Assembly (NCBI GenBank): GCA_963823555.1
Contig: CAWGMA010000001.1
Span: 1,632,001 to 1,696,000, forward strand
Reading direction: 5' to 3'
Source of the DNA: Candidatus Eiseniibacteriota bacterium
GTDB lineage: Bacteria > Eisenbacteria > RBG-16-71-46 > CAVPCR01
DNA length: 64,000 bases
The position numbers were made by a program, and so were the translations under genes. Under the pieces are notes generated by a model that was not told where the DNA came from, did no database searches, and worked only from the letters and a program-made list of their open reading frames with translations. Of the stretch, positions 52,412-63,631 are shown in pieces (positions within the stretch are counted from its first letter, which is position 1; each line of letters begins with the position of its first letter).

Positions 52412-52415
52412 CGCG

Positions 52416-52652
52416 CTACCGCCGGAAGAGGATCCGGCCGAGGTTGATGAGGAGCGTGAGCACCCCGCTCAGGAGCAGGGCCGAAGTGATCGGAAAGTAG
52501 ACCTGAACCCCGCCGCGACTGAAGCGCAGGTCGCCGGGCAACCGACCGAGTCCGAGCCGACCCAGGCCGAGACGCTCCCCGGCGATCATGACGAGACCGA
52601 GCACCGCGAGCACCACCCCGGCGAGCAGGATCCACTTTCCGATCTGAGACAT
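52416..52652 (-). CDS. DUF2905 small membrane protein
   Basis: LGRLPGD....YFPITS motif; conserved position between ruvB and queA. Confidence 0.8.
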   Translation of the reverse strand: MSQIGKWILLAGVVLAVLGLVMIAGERLGLGRLGLGRLPGDLRFSRGGVQVYFPITSALLLSGVLTLLINLGRILFRR

Positions 52653-52699
52653 GATGGGGATACCGATCGTTCTCGGCGTGCGGGGACCCGCGGCCCAGG

Positions 52700-53749
52700 T
52701 CAGAGCAAGCGGGCTTGCGGCTCGCTCCCGGCGGCATGAGCGGAAGCCGGCACCGGCCGGCCGAGATGTTCGTACGCAAGACGGGTCGCCACCCGCCCGC
52801 GCGGCGTGCGATGAACGAGGCCCGCCTCGATCAGGAACGGCTCGTAGACATCTTCCAGCGTGTCAGCCTCCTCACCCACGGATACGGCCAGCGTTCCGAT
52901 CCCCACGGGCCCTCCGCCGAACTTGTCGATCATGGTCTCGAGCACGCGGCGATCCATGCTGTCCAGTCCGCGCTCGTCCACCTTGAGCAGGTCGAGAGCC
53001 TCCTTGACCACGGCCACATCGATCCGCCCGTCGCCGCGAACCTCGGCGAAGTCGCGGGCACGCCGCAGTAGCCGGTTGGCAACGCGCGGCGTGCCCCGCG
53101 CGCGACGCGCCAGCTCCATCGCCGCCTCGCCGCCGATCGTGACACCCAGAATGCGGGCCGCCCGGTGCACGACCTCCGCCAGCTCTGCAGGCGGGTAGTA
53201 GTCGATGCGCGTGGAGATCCCGAAGCGCGCTCGGAGCGGCGAGGTGAGAAGACCGGTACGCGTCGTGGCCCCAACCAGGGTGAAGGGGTTCAAGCTCAAT
53301 CGCACCGAACGCGCACTGGGCCCGCGGTCGATCATGACATCGATACGAAAATCCTCCATGGCCGGATAGAGATACTCCTCGACCGTCGGATTCAGCCGAT
53401 GGATCTCATCGATGAAGAGCACGTCATTGGGACCAAGGCGGGTCAAGAGCCCGGCGAGATCCCCGGGCCGTTCGATGACAGGTCCCGAGGTCGGAATGAA
53501 CGCCACCCCCATCTCGTGGGCCAGGACGTGGGCGAGCGTCGTCTTGCCGAGGCCCGGGGGACCACAGAGCAGCGTGTGGTCGAGCGCTTCGCCACGTCGC
53601 CGAGCCGCTTCGAGGGCCAGGCGCAGCTGCTCTTTCAGCTCCCCCTGACCGATGAAATCCGCGAGCGTGGACGGCCGCAGCGTCGTGTCCACGACCTGGT
53701 CGGCCTCGACGGCCTCCGGACGAATGAGGGGGTTCCGCTCGCTGTTCAT
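52700..53749 (-). CDS. ruvB: Holliday junction helicase RuvB
   Basis: [41 protein letters not shown]. Confidence 0.96.
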   Translation of the reverse strand: MNSERNPLIRPEAVEADQVVDTTLRPSTLADFIGQGELKEQLRLALEAARRRGEALDHTLLCGPPGLGKTTLAHVLAHEMGVAFIPTSGPVIERPGDLAGLLTRLGPNDVLFIDEIHRLNPTVEEYLYPAMEDFRIDVMIDRGPSARSVRLSLNPFTLVGATTRTGLLTSPLRARFGISTRIDYYPPAELAEVVHRAARILGVTIGGEAAMELARRARGTPRVANRLLRRARDFAEVRGDGRIDVAVVKEALDLLKVDERGLDSMDRRVLETMIDKFGGGPVGIGTLAVSVGEEADTLEDVYEPFLIEAGLVHRTPRGRVATRLAYEHLGRPVPASAHAAGSEPQARLL

Positions 53750-53914
53750 CGCTGCCTCGGCCCGAGGGGAGGGAAGAAGCCGTCGTGCATCGTGGCGCAC
53801 GCGCCCGGTCTGCAACCAGCCGCCGGGAAGCGCGGCGCCATCTCGACAGGGCACGTTAGCACAGGCGCAAAGGACCCGGGAAGACCTGGCAACGCGCTGT
53901 CGAGAACCCTCGAG

Positions 53915-54913
53915 CTAGCCGGCGCCGCCACCATCCGCGCTCCTGAGCCCCATCGCTTCACGTACCTCGGCCATCACCGGCCGCGCGATGGCCAGCGCTC
54001 GATGGGCACCCTCCGCGAGAATCTCCCGAACCCGTCCCGGAGCGCCGGCCAGGAGCGCGGCGCGCTCACGCACGGGATCGAGCTCCGCCGTCATGTGCTT
54101 GTGCAGAAGCCGCTTGCAGTCCACGCACCCGATTCCCGCCTGGCGGCATTCACGGTCCACCATCGCGACATCCTCGCCCGGCGAGAAGGCCTTGTGCATG
54201 GTGAACACATTGCAGATATCGGGATTGCCAGGATCCGAGCGCCGCTTCCGATTCTCGTCGGTGACGGCAGTGCGCAGCTTCTCCCAGCTCGCCTCGGGCG
54301 TCTCCAGCATTGCGATCGTGTTGCTGCGGCTCTTCGACATCTTGGTCTTGCCGTCAACACCCATGATGCGCGGCGTCTGGGTGAGGAGTTGCTGCGGCTC
54401 CGGGAAGACCGGCTTGAAGGTCGCATTGAACTTGCGCGCGATCTCCCGGGACAGCTCGAGATGCTGGACCTGATCCTCTCCCACCGGGACCAGCTCACCC
54501 TTGTAGAGGAGGATGTCCGCAGCCTGCAGGACTGGGTAGGCGAACAACCCGACATTCTGACTGGACTGCTGCTCTGCCTTCTCCTTGAACTGGGTCATGC
54601 GATCGAGCGCACCGATCGTGGTCAGCGTCCCCAACACCCAGGCCAGCTCGGTGTGCTCCGGAACCTCGGATTGCACGAAGAGCACGGCGCGCGCCGGATC
54701 GACGCCGGCCGCGAGCACGGCGACCGCCGCCTCCCGCACCCGCTGTAACATCTCGGCGGGATCATAGGGCACGGTAACCGCATGATAGTCGACCACGGAG
54801 TAAATGCACTCGTACTCCGCGACAAGCCGCGCCCAGTTGCGCAGTGCCCCGACGTAATTGCCGATGTGCACCTCGCCCGAAGGCTGAATCCCGCTGAAGA
54901 TCCGCTTGGCCAT
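53915..54913 (-). CDS. trpS: Tryptophan--tRNA ligase
   Basis: SGIQPSG..HIGN, YPVLQAADIL, VGEDQ.QH, KMSKS. Confidence 0.95.
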   Translation of the reverse strand: MAKRIFSGIQPSGEVHIGNYVGALRNWARLVAEYECIYSVVDYHAVTVPYDPAEMLQRVREAAVAVLAAGVDPARAVLFVQSEVPEHTELAWVLGTLTTIGALDRMTQFKEKAEQQSSQNVGLFAYPVLQAADILLYKGELVPVGEDQVQHLELSREIARKFNATFKPVFPEPQQLLTQTPRIMGVDGKTKMSKSRSNTIAMLETPEASWEKLRTAVTDENRKRRSDPGNPDICNVFTMHKAFSPGEDVAMVDRECRQAGIGCVDCKRLLHKHMTAELDPVRERAALLAGAPGRVREILAEGAHRALAIARPVMAEVREAMGLRSADGGGAG

Positions 54914-54983
54914 GATCCGGTCCCTCTTGGCAGATGGTGGAGTACCTCGAGATCCGATGCGGTCGACCTGGTTCTTGACTCGA

Positions 54984-55703
54984 CTAGTTGAGACGCGGGT
55001 CCACTCCAGGACGCCGCCGCTCCTCCATGGCCTGGCGCTTGAACACGAGATCATCGAGCAAACCGGCAACCCGCCGCGCTCGTTCCATGGGATCGTCGAG
55101 GGCCAGGAGAGCGAGCTTGGCCTCGGGTGCGATGGCCAGCTCGCTCGCCACCATGTGCACGAACTCGATGCCGCTCACTCGCGCCTCGGATCCGGCGGCC
55201 TCGGCTTCATCCCCATCATCCTCGTCGCCATCGCTCGCATCGCCGGCAAGCCGGTCGAGATCCGCCACCCGCGTTGCGATGCGCTCGATCCAGTAGCTCA
55301 GGGCAGGCCCGGTCGGTCGGTCGGTGCGGGTGGCCAGGACGGCACGCCGGTAAGGCCCCGCGCCGACCTCCGCCTCGATGTGGCCCTTGCCCTCTCCGCG
55401 CAGGCGGAGCATGTAGCGACCATCCGGGAGCTTGCCGGCCGCGTCGATCGTGCCGTAGCCCACGAGCGGGTACACGGCGGGCGCCCTCCCCTGGTCCGAC
55501 TCCCAACCCGGCTTCAAGACCGCCATCCCCAGCCGCCGGTCCCCGGCGAGGGCGTCGGCCACCATGCGCCGGTACCGCAGCTCGAAGATATGGAGCGGAA
55601 TCACCACCCCCGGGAACAGCACGACGTTGGGCAGCGGGAAGATCGGGATCGTGATGCGGCCTTCACCGGGTGAAGGAACGCCAGCTTCGTGGGCCTCCGG
55701 CAT
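54984..55703 (-). CDS. LON peptidase substrate-binding domain protein
   Basis: IPIFPL..VVLFPG..IPLHIFE.RYR.M, LPDGRY. Confidence 0.85.
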   Translation of the reverse strand: MPEAHEAGVPSPGEGRITIPIFPLPNVVLFPGVVIPLHIFELRYRRMVADALAGDRRLGMAVLKPGWESDQGRAPAVYPLVGYGTIDAAGKLPDGRYMLRLRGEGKGHIEAEVGAGPYRRAVLATRTDRPTGPALSYWIERIATRVADLDRLAGDASDGDEDDGDEAEAAGSEARVSGIEFVHMVASELAIAPEAKLALLALDDPMERARRVAGLLDDLVFKRQAMEERRRPGVDPRLN

Positions 55704-55905
55704 TCAGTTCCTCGCCAGATCTCCTGTTGTCGCCTATCTTGTTGCAGATTAGAGGCTTCGCCGAATCGGCGTCAACCCCCCCGGGGGATTTGCCGGGGCT
55801 CCACTCCCCCACCTCGCCGCGACCATCCAGCGCTCTTGCAAGAGGGGTGCCTCAACGCATATGATTCGGGATTCCATTGAGCGTTTCATCTGGAGGGTGG
55901 AGACC

Positions 55906-56175
55906 TTGAGCGAGACCTTAGATCCAATGGCCGATCCGATGATCGATCCCCTGGCCGAGGCCCCCGAGCCCATGCCCGCGCCGGAGGAAGAGGCTACCAC
56001 GATTCCGCGCAGTCCCTACGAGCTCGTGGTGGTGGCCGCGCAGGAGGCGCGACGGCTGAATGAGCGCTGGCGCCGCATGACCGGGGAGCGCGGCGAGAAG
56101 GTGACCAAGACCGCGGTCAACCGCGTTCTCGCCGGCCAGGTCCATTTCATCACCGAGGAGGCCCCTGGCCTCTGA
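55906..56175 (+). CDS. rpoZ: RNA polymerase omega subunit-like protein
   Basis: SPYELVVVAAQEARRLN...KVTKTA...G.V resembles RpoZ. Start uncertain. Confidence 0.6.
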   Translation: MSETLDPMADPMIDPLAEAPEPMPAPEEEATTIPRSPYELVVVAAQEARRLNERWRRMTGERGEKVTKTAVNRVLAGQVHFITEEAPGL

Positions 56176-56307
56176 TACCGTGCTCGGGATCCGTCATGGC
56201 CGGCTAGCGTCGCGGCCCGCCCCCGGCGGGCCGCTCTCATGCCATCCCGGCGGGGTGCCCCGCGCCGGCTCCCCCCACCGTCAACCCCGCTCGCGGAGGT
56301 GAGGTCC

Positions 56308-58038
56308 GTGCGCGAGCTCAAGCGCCTCATTCCCTATTTCGCTCGCCACCGGCGGAGCATTCTGTTCGGCGCGCTGTGCATTCCCTTCACTCAGGCCTTC
56401 GCCCTGCTGGCGCCCTGGATTCTCAAGCGCGCCATCGAGCAGCTCGAATCCGGAACCAGCCCGCGCCGGCTCCTGACCGATGCCGGCCTTCTCGTTCTGG
56501 CCTCGATCGGAGAGGGCACCTTCCGCTTCTTCATGCGCCGGCTCATGATCGGCAGCTCGCGCCGTATCGAGTACGATCTCCGCAACGACCTCTTCGCCCA
56601 CCTCCAGCACCTTTCCCCGAGCTTCTACGCGCGGCACCGCATCGGGGACCTCATGGCCCGCGCCACCAACGATCTCAACTCGGTCCGCAACATGATCGGC
56701 CCCGGAGTCATGTACCTGGCCAACACGCTCACCGTGCTCCCGGCGGTGCTCGTGGTGATGCTGCTCCTCGACGTCCGGCTGACCGTGATCGCCATGGTCC
56801 CGATGGCGGCCCTCGCCTTCCTCCTCACCCGCTTCGGAAGCGCCATTCACCGGCGATCCGAGGCCGTTCAAGAGCAGTACGCCACGCTCTCCGCGGGCGT
56901 CCAGGAGGCGCTCGCCGGCATCCGCGTCATCAAGGCCTATGTCCGCGAGGACCATCAGCGCGAGCGCTTTCGCGCCGAGAACGAGGAGTATGTCGGGCGC
57001 AGCATGCGCTTGATCCGGCTCTCCGGACTCTTCGGGCCGCTGATGAGCCTGTTCACTGGAATGGCCGCCCTGACCGTGCTGTGGATCGGTGGGAGCTACG
57101 TGGCCTCGGGGCGCTTCACTCTCGGCGAATTCGTCGCCTTCAGCGGATACCTGGGGATGCTGGCCTGGCCCGTGATCTCACTGGGCTGGGTCGCCAACAT
57201 GATCCAGCGCGGAACCGCATCGCTGGTCCGGATCGGCTCGATCCTCGACGAGAAGCCTGACATCGTGAGCGGCACCCGGTTGCCCGCAACACCGCCGGGA
57301 ATCGAGTTCCGCCAGGTCGACTTTGCGTACCCGGGCGGCCCCCCTGTGCTCAGGGGGGTGAACCTCGTGATCGAACCCGGGGAGACGGTGGCCGTGGTCG
57401 GAGCCACCGGTAGCGGTAAATCCACCCTCGTTGGGCTCATTCCCCGCCTCTACGACGTCACCGGTGGCGAGGTGCGCATCAGCGGCATCGACGTCCGCGA
57501 CATCGATCTGGACGAGCTTCGCCGCCGCATCGGGTTCGTGCCGCAGGAGACCTTCCTGTTCTCGACGACCATGCGGCAGAACATCGCCTATGGTTTCGAT
57601 GATGCCGATGAAGCGGCGGTCGAGAAAGCAGCCGAAGTGGCCCGCCTGCTCCCGGCCATCCGCGACTTCCCCCGAGGATTCGACACCCTCGTCGGCGAGC
57701 GCGGCATCACTCTCTCAGGAGGCCAGAAGCAGCGTACCGCCATCTCGCGCGCCGTCATCCGTTCACCCGAGATCCTGATCCTCGACGACGCGCTGTCCAG
57801 TGTCGACACCCACACCGAGGAGGAGATCCTCCACCGCCTGCGGCCGGTGATCCGGAACCGCACGAGCCTCATCATCTCCCACCGTGTCACCACCGTGCGC
57901 GAGGCCGACCGCATCGTCGTCCTCGATGACGGTCGCATCGCAGAAGAAGGCACTCACGAGGAGCTGATCCACCGTGGCGGGCTCTATGCCCGGATGGTGG
58001 AACAGCAACTCCTGCGGGAAGAGCTCGAGGCCAGCTAG
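56308..58038 (+). CDS. ABC exporter, fused permease/ATPase (heterodimer subunit 1)
   Basis: GDLMARATND, GATGSGKS, LSGGQ, LILDD (non-canonical catalytic D). Confidence 0.92.
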   Translation: MRELKRLIPYFARHRRSILFGALCIPFTQAFALLAPWILKRAIEQLESGTSPRRLLTDAGLLVLASIGEGTFRFFMRRLMIGSSRRIEYDLRNDLFAHLQHLSPSFYARHRIGDLMARATNDLNSVRNMIGPGVMYLANTLTVLPAVLVVMLLLDVRLTVIAMVPMAALAFLLTRFGSAIHRRSEAVQEQYATLSAGVQEALAGIRVIKAYVREDHQRERFRAENEEYVGRSMRLIRLSGLFGPLMSLFTGMAALTVLWIGGSYVASGRFTLGEFVAFSGYLGMLAWPVISLGWVANMIQRGTASLVRIGSILDEKPDIVSGTRLPATPPGIEFRQVDFAYPGGPPVLRGVNLVIEPGETVAVVGATGSGKSTLVGLIPRLYDVTGGEVRISGIDVRDIDLDELRRRIGFVPQETFLFSTTMRQNIAYGFDDADEAAVEKAAEVARLLPAIRDFPRGFDTLVGERGITLSGGQKQRTAISRAVIRSPEILILDDALSSVDTHTEEEILHRLRPVIRNRTSLIISHRVTTVREADRIVVLDDGRIAEEGTHEELIHRGGLYARMVEQQLLREELEAS

Positions 58039-58047
58039 GAGCGCCCG

Positions 58048-59868
58048 GTGGCAACCATCGACGAAGACGAGGTCCTGGGTAGAGCCTACGACGGCCGGCT
58101 CATGCGGCGGCTCCTGACCTACCTCCATCCCTACCGGAGGCAGGTCGTCCTCTCCGTCATCCTCCTCACCGCAGCCTTCCTCCTCGAACTCGCCCAGCCC
58201 TATCTGGTCAAGATCGCGATTGACGATTACATCAAGCCGGGCGACATGCCCGGGTTCGCTCGCATCGCCATCCTCTATCTGGGCGCGCTCATCGGCACCT
58301 TCCTCTTTCGCTACGGCGAGCTCTACGTGATGAACCTGGTCGGCCAGCGGGTGATGTACGACCTGCGGATGCAGATCTTCAGCCATCTCCTCCGGCAGAG
58401 CGTGCGCTACTTCACGCGCCATCCGGTTGGACGCTTGATGACCCGCGTCACGAGCGACGTCGATGTTCTGAACGACATGTTCACCGCCGGCGTGGTCTCC
58501 ATCATCGAAGACGTGCTCAAGCTGATCGGCATCATGGTCATCCTCGCCGTCATGGACTTGAAGCTGGCCCTGGCCACGTTCGCCGTGCTGCCGTTCCTGG
58601 CGGTGACCGCCGCGCTCTTCCGCTCGCGCGTGCGCCACACCTATCGTCTCGTACGCACCGCCATCGCCCGGATCAACGCCTTCTTGCAGGAAAACCTCGT
58701 CGGCATGCAGGTGGTTCAGCTCTTCAACCACGAAGCCCACAACCGGCGGCGATTCGACCGCCTCAATGACCAGCACCTCGACGCGCACCTGCAGACGATC
58801 TTCTACTATGCCCTCTTCTACCCGGCGGTCGAGCTCCTCGGCGCCATCGCCGTCGCCCTCATCCTGTGGTTCGGCGGGCTCCAGGTGCTGGCGGGCGGCC
58901 TCACCTTCGGCGTGCTCGTCGCCTTCATCCAGTACGCGGAGATGTTCTTCCGTCCGATCAGTGATCTCTCCGAGAAGTACGGCATCATGCAAGCGGCGAT
59001 GGCCTCCTCCGAGCGCATCTTCAAGGTGCTCGACACCGACGAGGCGATGCCGGAATCGGCGGATGCCTGGGCTCGAGTCGCCGGCCCCGGTGATGACGGC
59101 CCGCGACCGCTTCGCGGTGCGGTCCGCTTCGACCGCGTGAACTTCGCGTACGATGATGAGGACTGGGTGCTCAAGGAGGTCGACTTCGCGATCGCGCCGG
59201 GGGAGCGCGTCGCCGTGGTCGGCGCCACCGGGGCCGGCAAGTCGACGATCGTCAATCTTCTGACCCGCTTCTATGACCCGACGCGAGGGCGCGTGCTCGT
59301 CGACGACATGGATGTCCGCGACGTCCCGATCCACTGGCTCCGACGCGGTATCGGTGTCGTGCAACAGGATGTCTTCCTGTTCGCCGGCTCGGTCTTCTAC
59401 AACATCGGCCTCGGCCACGATGAAATCGGCTCCGCCGAGATCACGGCTGCAGCCCGGCAGGTCAACGCCGAGCGTTTCATCAGCCTCCTCCCCGAGACCT
59501 ACGCCAGCGAGGTGCGCGAGGGGGGCGGCTCCCTCTCCGTGGGCCAGCGCCAGCTCCTCGCCTTCGCCCGTGCCCTCGCGTACGATCCGGCGATTCTCGT
59601 CCTTGACGAGGCCACATCGAGCGTTGACACCGAGACCGAGATGATGATCCAGGATGGGCTCGAGAAGCTGCTCCGCGGGCGGACGGCGCTCGTGATCGCT
59701 CACCGCCTATCGACGATTCGCAATGCCGATCGCATTCTTGTCATGCATCACGGCGAGCTGCGCGAACAGGGCACACACGAGGAACTGCTCGCCCTGGGGG
59801 GCATTTACAAGAAGCTCTACGAGCTCCAGTATCGCGACCAGGAAACCAGGACACGCCTGCCGGCCTAG
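58048..59868 (+). CDS. ABC exporter, fused permease/ATPase (heterodimer subunit 2)
   Basis: GRLMTRVTSD, GATGAGKS, LSVGQ (degenerate signature), LVLDEATS. Confidence 0.92.
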   Translation: MATIDEDEVLGRAYDGRLMRRLLTYLHPYRRQVVLSVILLTAAFLLELAQPYLVKIAIDDYIKPGDMPGFARIAILYLGALIGTFLFRYGELYVMNLVGQRVMYDLRMQIFSHLLRQSVRYFTRHPVGRLMTRVTSDVDVLNDMFTAGVVSIIEDVLKLIGIMVILAVMDLKLALATFAVLPFLAVTAALFRSRVRHTYRLVRTAIARINAFLQENLVGMQVVQLFNHEAHNRRRFDRLNDQHLDAHLQTIFYYALFYPAVELLGAIAVALILWFGGLQVLAGGLTFGVLVAFIQYAEMFFRPISDLSEKYGIMQAAMASSERIFKVLDTDEAMPESADAWARVAGPGDDGPRPLRGAVRFDRVNFAYDDEDWVLKEVDFAIAPGERVAVVGATGAGKSTIVNLLTRFYDPTRGRVLVDDMDVRDVPIHWLRRGIGVVQQDVFLFAGSVFYNIGLGHDEIGSAEITAAARQVNAERFISLLPETYASEVREGGGSLSVGQRQLLAFARALAYDPAILVLDEATSSVDTETEMMIQDGLEKLLRGRTALVIAHRLSTIRNADRILVMHHGELREQGTHEELLALGGIYKKLYELQYRDQETRTRLPA

Positions 59869-59899
59869 CTCGCCTGGAGTGGAGGGAGGACGAAGCCCG

Positions 59900-60244
59900 A
59901 TGCCGACCTATGAGTATCAATGTGACAAGGGTCACCGCTTCGAGCTCTTCCAGAAGATGAGCGATCCGAAGCTCAAGGTGTGTCCCGAGTGCGGTGCCCC
60001 TGTCGAGCGCCTGATCGGTCCGGGCGCCGGCATCGTCTTCAAGGGCTCGGGCTTCTACAGCACGGACTACCGCAGCAGCTCCTACCAGAAGGCCGCCAAA
60101 TCGGAGTCGGGTGACGGCGTGAGCGGGAAGGACAAGGCGCCTGCCGAGAAAGGCCCCGCCCCGAAGGCCGAGAAGAAGGACAAGCCGCCCCCGAAGGAGC
60201 CCGGCGGCACGGGCTCCGGCACCTCCACCCCGACCAAGGACTGA
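59900..60244 (+). CDS. FmdB family zinc-ribbon protein
   Basis: MPTYEYQC..GH.FE..Q.MSD.....CPECG...FKGSGFY.TDY. Confidence 0.88.
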   Translation: MPTYEYQCDKGHRFELFQKMSDPKLKVCPECGAPVERLIGPGAGIVFKGSGFYSTDYRSSSYQKAAKSESGDGVSGKDKAPAEKGPAPKAEKKDKPPPKEPGGTGSGTSTPTKD

Positions 60245-60304
60245 CTTCCGTCACCGCAGCGGGCCGCGGACACGAAACCCGGGATGGCGGCGTCCATGAA
60301 ACCA

Positions 60305-60337
60305 CGGCCCCGCGACCGGACATCGATCGCGGGGCCG
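60305..60337. terminator. Hairpin between convergent FmdB and peptidase genes
   Basis: CGGCCCCGCGA-N11-TCGCGGGGCCG, 11-bp perfect stem, no U-tract. Confidence 0.5.
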
Positions 60338-60368
60338 CGAGACCATCGCAGCTGGCGCCGGCCGGCGC

Positions 60369-62613
60369 TTACTTCATCAACACCATCTTCTGCGCAGCCG
60401 AGAACGAACCCGCATCGAGCCGCGCCAGATAGATGCCGCTCGCGAGCTCCCGACCAGCTCCATCCTTCCCATCCCAGGTCACCGCGTGCACCGAGGCTTC
60501 CTCGGTGGCATCGATGAGCACGCGGACGAGCACTCCGGCCGGGTTGTAGATCGCGAGCCGCACCGGCGACTTGGCCCCCAGCGAGTAGGTGATCGTCGTT
60601 GACGGGTTGAACGGATTCGGCGAGTTGGCCGCCAGAGCGAAGCGGCCCGGTGCGAGCTCGGAGGCCGCGATCGCGGTCGAGCCGCTGACATTGAACGTAT
60701 GGACCCCGCCATCGGGCGCCGGGCGCGGGTCGGTCCGCTTGTTGTTGACCGTATTGGTGGCCACGATGAAGTAGTGCACGGTGCCGTTCCCCAGAACCGG
60801 GATCTGTCCCGAGTACTCGTTCGGGTTCCCGGTCGGGGTCATGGGGGCGGACCCGGTGATCCCGCCCAGCCCGTAGCGCACCTCGACGGCCGAGATCCCG
60901 GATGCCGACGTGCAGACCGCCGTCACCGTGTAGGGTCCAGGCTGGCCTTGATCCGGAAGCGGCGTGTGCGTGATCGCCGGAATCTCGTAGGCGGACGCGT
61001 TGAAGAAGCCGCGCGCCGTGCAGAAGTGGACGATCGAGTCGACGTTGAGCCCCTCGTTGAGGCTGCGATCGGTGGTGACGAGAGCCGCCGCCGCCTGGGT
61101 GACGAGAGGGCCTGGTACCGAGCAGGAAATGGTGACCGAGGACAATCTGGTCCATGGTCGGGCGGGTGATCTCGTAGAAGATCTGCATCAGGCACGACGC
61201 CCAGATCGTCCCATTGGAGTAGATGTCACCACCCCAGAAGGTCGGATAGGTACGCGTGTCGTTCAGGATGCGCCCGGGCCAGAACGGGTTGTGGCCATCC
61301 CAGTTGAACACCCACTCCGAACGGTAGAGATCGATCGCAGCCGAGTAGCTCCCGGCCCAGTAGTCGCCGAACCCCTCGCCCATCGAGCGGGCGTCGGTGG
61401 TGGTGCCCCAGCCCGGGACCGTGCCGTGCTGGATGGCGTGGCCGTACTCGTGCAGGACCACGTCCAGATCCTCGGCGTCATCGACTCCGCCCTCGCCCCA
61501 GGCCAGGCGGTTGGTCGAGGGGATGTAGTGGGAGTTATCGGCGCCGTTGAGCCCGTGCGGATCGCACCAGATGGAGAGATTCTGGATGTTGTTGTAGCCC
61601 AGGCTCTGGATCCAGCGCTGGCTCGAATCGATGCCGTAGTACGTCTCGGTATCCTCGAAGCCCTGCTGGTCGCGCGTGAACTGGAAGCCGTCGGGCGTCG
61701 CGGCGGATGCCGGGGCGCTGGACGGAGCCTCGAAATCCTGGATGTTGCAGAAGGGGCCCGTGAGCCGATACAGCCCCGCGCTGAAGGAGATGTCCCTGAG
61801 CGGGCGCTCGAAGGTCTGGGCCTCGAGCTGGGGCGTGTTGGCGTCGTTGCCGTCGACATAGCCTGCCGCCCCATAGGCAACGTGAGCCGTGGTCAGGGGA
61901 TCCGGATCGAAGGCCTTGCACACACCGTCGACGTAGACCGCCTGGTCCCGCAGGCGGAGGATCCGCCCATTGGTGGCATCCACCATCACTTCCCAGTCCC
62001 CGAGGGGATCGGCCGCCGGGATGACCACCCGGTAGGCCAGAGCCAGCATCGGGCCACCTTCCCAGAAAAGACCAACGGCCGGAGCCGTCTCCGGCCCGAT
62101 CCGTTCCTCGGTGCAGCCGATCGCCGCGATCGCGCGCTCGCGCGCCGCGGCCGGCGAGAGCGCCGGTGCGGTGGCGATGGCGTCCGCCCCCGGCCGGTAG
62201 GTCGAGGCCGCAGCGATGATCTTCCCCGTCTCGCGGGCGACGGTCACGATCACGTCCCCCTCGAAGACCGGGATTCCGACCACGGTCTGCTGGAACCGGA
62301 CATGCGACCCGACCGGTGAGTCCTTCACATAAGCCAGTTCCAGGTCATCGGTGGCGTTGCGGAGGCCGTAGGCATCGGCTTCCTGGGCGAGGAATGCCCG
62401 CGCCATCATCTCCGGGGTTCCGGAGAAGGGGCCGGCGTTGATGTCGAACGCGGTAACCGTGGCCCCGGTCTTCAGGTCAACCCAGCGACTGTCGCCCAGG
62501 AGCGAGAGTTCGGGCTCGTTGGAATCGGGCTGGGTGGTGACCCTTTCGGTCAGGCCCAGAGCCGCGGCCGGAATGAGAGTCAAGACGAGTAGAAGGACCC
62601 AAGGACGCGGCAT
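60369..62613 (-). CDS. Secreted M36/M4-like zinc metallopeptidase (propeptide, HEYGH, FlgD-Ig/T9SS-like C-terminal domain), one frameshift near 61105
   Basis: Signal peptide; HVRFQQ...G.PV propeptide; VDA.NG.IL PepSY-like; LHEYGH...MGEGFGDY. The C-terminal part (PNPFNPST...WDGKD...SGIYL) is in another frame. Confidence 0.82.
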
Positions 62614-62866
62614 CAGCTGCTTCTCCTGTGCTGGGAAGATTGGCACTCAACAACCGGGACCCCAAGGCTGGCACGCTTCCGTGCCCATGGTCATCCATAA
62701 GTCTATTGGACTCCCAGGATAGGGGCAAGGGCGCATGTCGGGGAAGGAAGCGTGCGCTCCGAAAGCGGTCCTTCCCTTGTGACCTCCCGGGCCTCATGTT
62801 AGGCTCCGATCCACGTCGAAACACCAGCCACCGTCGCGCCGGACCCTCTTCCGACGAACTCAAGAA

Positions 62867-63631
62867 GTGCTGCTGCCACGGACTCGCCATACCGTCTTCG
62901 TCCTTCTCCTCGCCGGCCTCGCCCGAGGGGCGATTGGCATGGAAGGCTCGGCCGCTTCCGCGGACCGCCCGGCGACGGCAGCCCCCGATTCGGCACGGAT
63001 CGCCGCCCTCGAATCCGCCCTCCGCGCCAGCCCCGCCAGCCACGAGGCAGCCCATGCCTTCCGCCTTGCAGCGCGGGACGCCGACCGGGCCGATCATGCC
63101 GTCCAGGTCCTCGAGGAGCTCCTGGATCAGGACCGGAGCCAATCCGCCGTCGCGCTGCAGCTCGCGCTCGCCCAGGTCGATCAGCTGCGCGAACCCGAAC
63201 TCGATGGGATCACTCGCGCGATGATCGCGGGCCGGGCCAACAACCACCTCACCACGATCCTCAACCGGGACCCGGCCAGCTGGGCGGCACGCTACTCACG
63301 AGGGATGACCCACCTCCTGTGGGCACGGGCCGCCCGTCACTCGGGAGCTGCGGTCAACGATCTCGAGCGGCTCGCCTTGCTGCAGGAGACCCTCCCCCAT
63401 GAGCCCTACTTCGTGCATGCACTCATTGGACTCGGGGATGCCTACGCCATGAACATCCAGCCGGCGCAGGCGAACACGACCTGGCGCAAAGGGCTCGTCC
63501 AGTTTCCTGACAATGCCGAGCTCTTGCGCCGCGCCGCCATGGACAAGGACGAGATCGAAGCCTTCATCACCGCCGAGTACAGCCTTGAAAGGCCCTTCGA
63601 TACGGATCTGAGCTTCCTGTGGACCGAGTAG
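62867..63631 (+). CDS. Exported TPR-like helical protein
   Basis: Signal-like N-terminus; DPASWAARYSRG and LGDAY...A...W.KGL..FPDN TPR-like motifs. Confidence 0.6.
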   Translation: MLLPRTRHTVFVLLLAGLARGAIGMEGSAASADRPATAAPDSARIAALESALRASPASHEAAHAFRLAARDADRADHAVQVLEELLDQDRSQSAVALQLALAQVDQLREPELDGITRAMIAGRANNHLTTILNRDPASWAARYSRGMTHLLWARAARHSGAAVNDLERLALLQETLPHEPYFVHALIGLGDAYAMNIQPAQANTTWRKGLVQFPDNAELLRRAAMDKDEIEAFITAEYSLERPFDTDLSFLWTE

